Assembly: GCA_951406725.2 (NCBI GenBank)
Contig: OX597820.1
Span: 19,592,001-19,656,000 of the forward strand
DNA length: 64,000 nucleotides
Source of the DNA: Octopus vulgaris
Taxonomy: Eukaryota
Direction: 5' to 3'
A program made the translations under genes and the position numbers. The notes under the pieces are model-generated. The model was not told the origin of the DNA. It saw nothing but the letters and a program-made list of their open reading frames with translations, and searched no databases. Below, piece after piece: positions 63,361 through 64,000 of this stretch. The stretch's first letter is position 1. Each line of letters begins with the position of its first letter.

Positions 63361-64000
63361 GTGTATATATATATATATATATATATATATTCCGATTTTA
63401 AAATAGGCACACCGTGTCCCTTTGTGGTGTAATAGATGACTGAAAGGGTCGGTGACAGAAGGACATCTTGCCGTAAAATACACCCTAGAAAAACGCCTCG
63501 AACCCTTGCCGGCTTAGGAAAACAGACGTAAAAACAGGGGCGGTGGCGGTGGTTGTCAGGCGACGACAACATCCTACTGAGCTTTCCCTATCTTTCTCTA
63601 TCTACCTCCTCCTCTCTCATAGTTCCCATCTGTTTAATTTTACTCCATAGACTAAAGAAAGAAGGCATGCTCTATACAGTGGGTTCGAATCCGCACTATT
63701 TTCGTTTGCGAACCGAAACCACATATCCTCATAGCCAATTTCCATTGTTCATCTTTCTCTTGGTTTTCTTCTCTGGCTCCACTTAAAAAAAAAAAGAAGA
63801 AAAATTCTCATCTATCTGTCTACATTGTAAAATACATGTCTGTTCACACTGTATAGATCTTTCTATTAACTTTCACTCCTACCTCCTCTCAATTTTCCTC
63901 TCTCACTGCTGCTGCTGTGCTACACACTTTGTACTGTCTTCTAGCATCAATATCACAATCACATGTCTCTAGCCATTTTCATCGTCACCGCACCTCCTAC

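Overview
AT-rich, eukaryotic, essentially non-coding DNA dominated by (TA)n/(TG)n/(CAT)n/(AAT)n microsatellites and dozens of short retroposons. The repeat families look like those of an octopus/coleoid cephalopod genome (inferred from recalled repeat signatures, not from a database search). I find no credible protein-coding gene: the ORF track is explained by microsatellites and TE pieces. The window is probably intronic or regulatory DNA of a large gene, with pyrimidine tracts and splice-like signals favouring the + strand. It contains at least five tRNA-head or tail-defined SINE families, a decayed Tx1-like LINE 3' end, hAT/mariner/piggyBac-like MITEs and a hAT transposase remnant. The most interesting signal is a set of short, non-coding, often fold-back Penelope-like elements, mostly in or near TA/TG microsatellites, that carry type I hammerhead-ribozyme cores. 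One core is intact at about 16376-16465, a near-canonical one lies at 38556-38594, and an inverted degenerate pair lies at 55180-55295. Other candidates are a pre-miRNA-like hairpin (36825-36886), an 11-nt microexon (12849-12859), a G·U-rich long-range duplex in unique DNA (8331-8599), a 102-bp inverted templated insertion, and SINE concatemers with a fixed junction. TE boundaries are approximate (read by eye).
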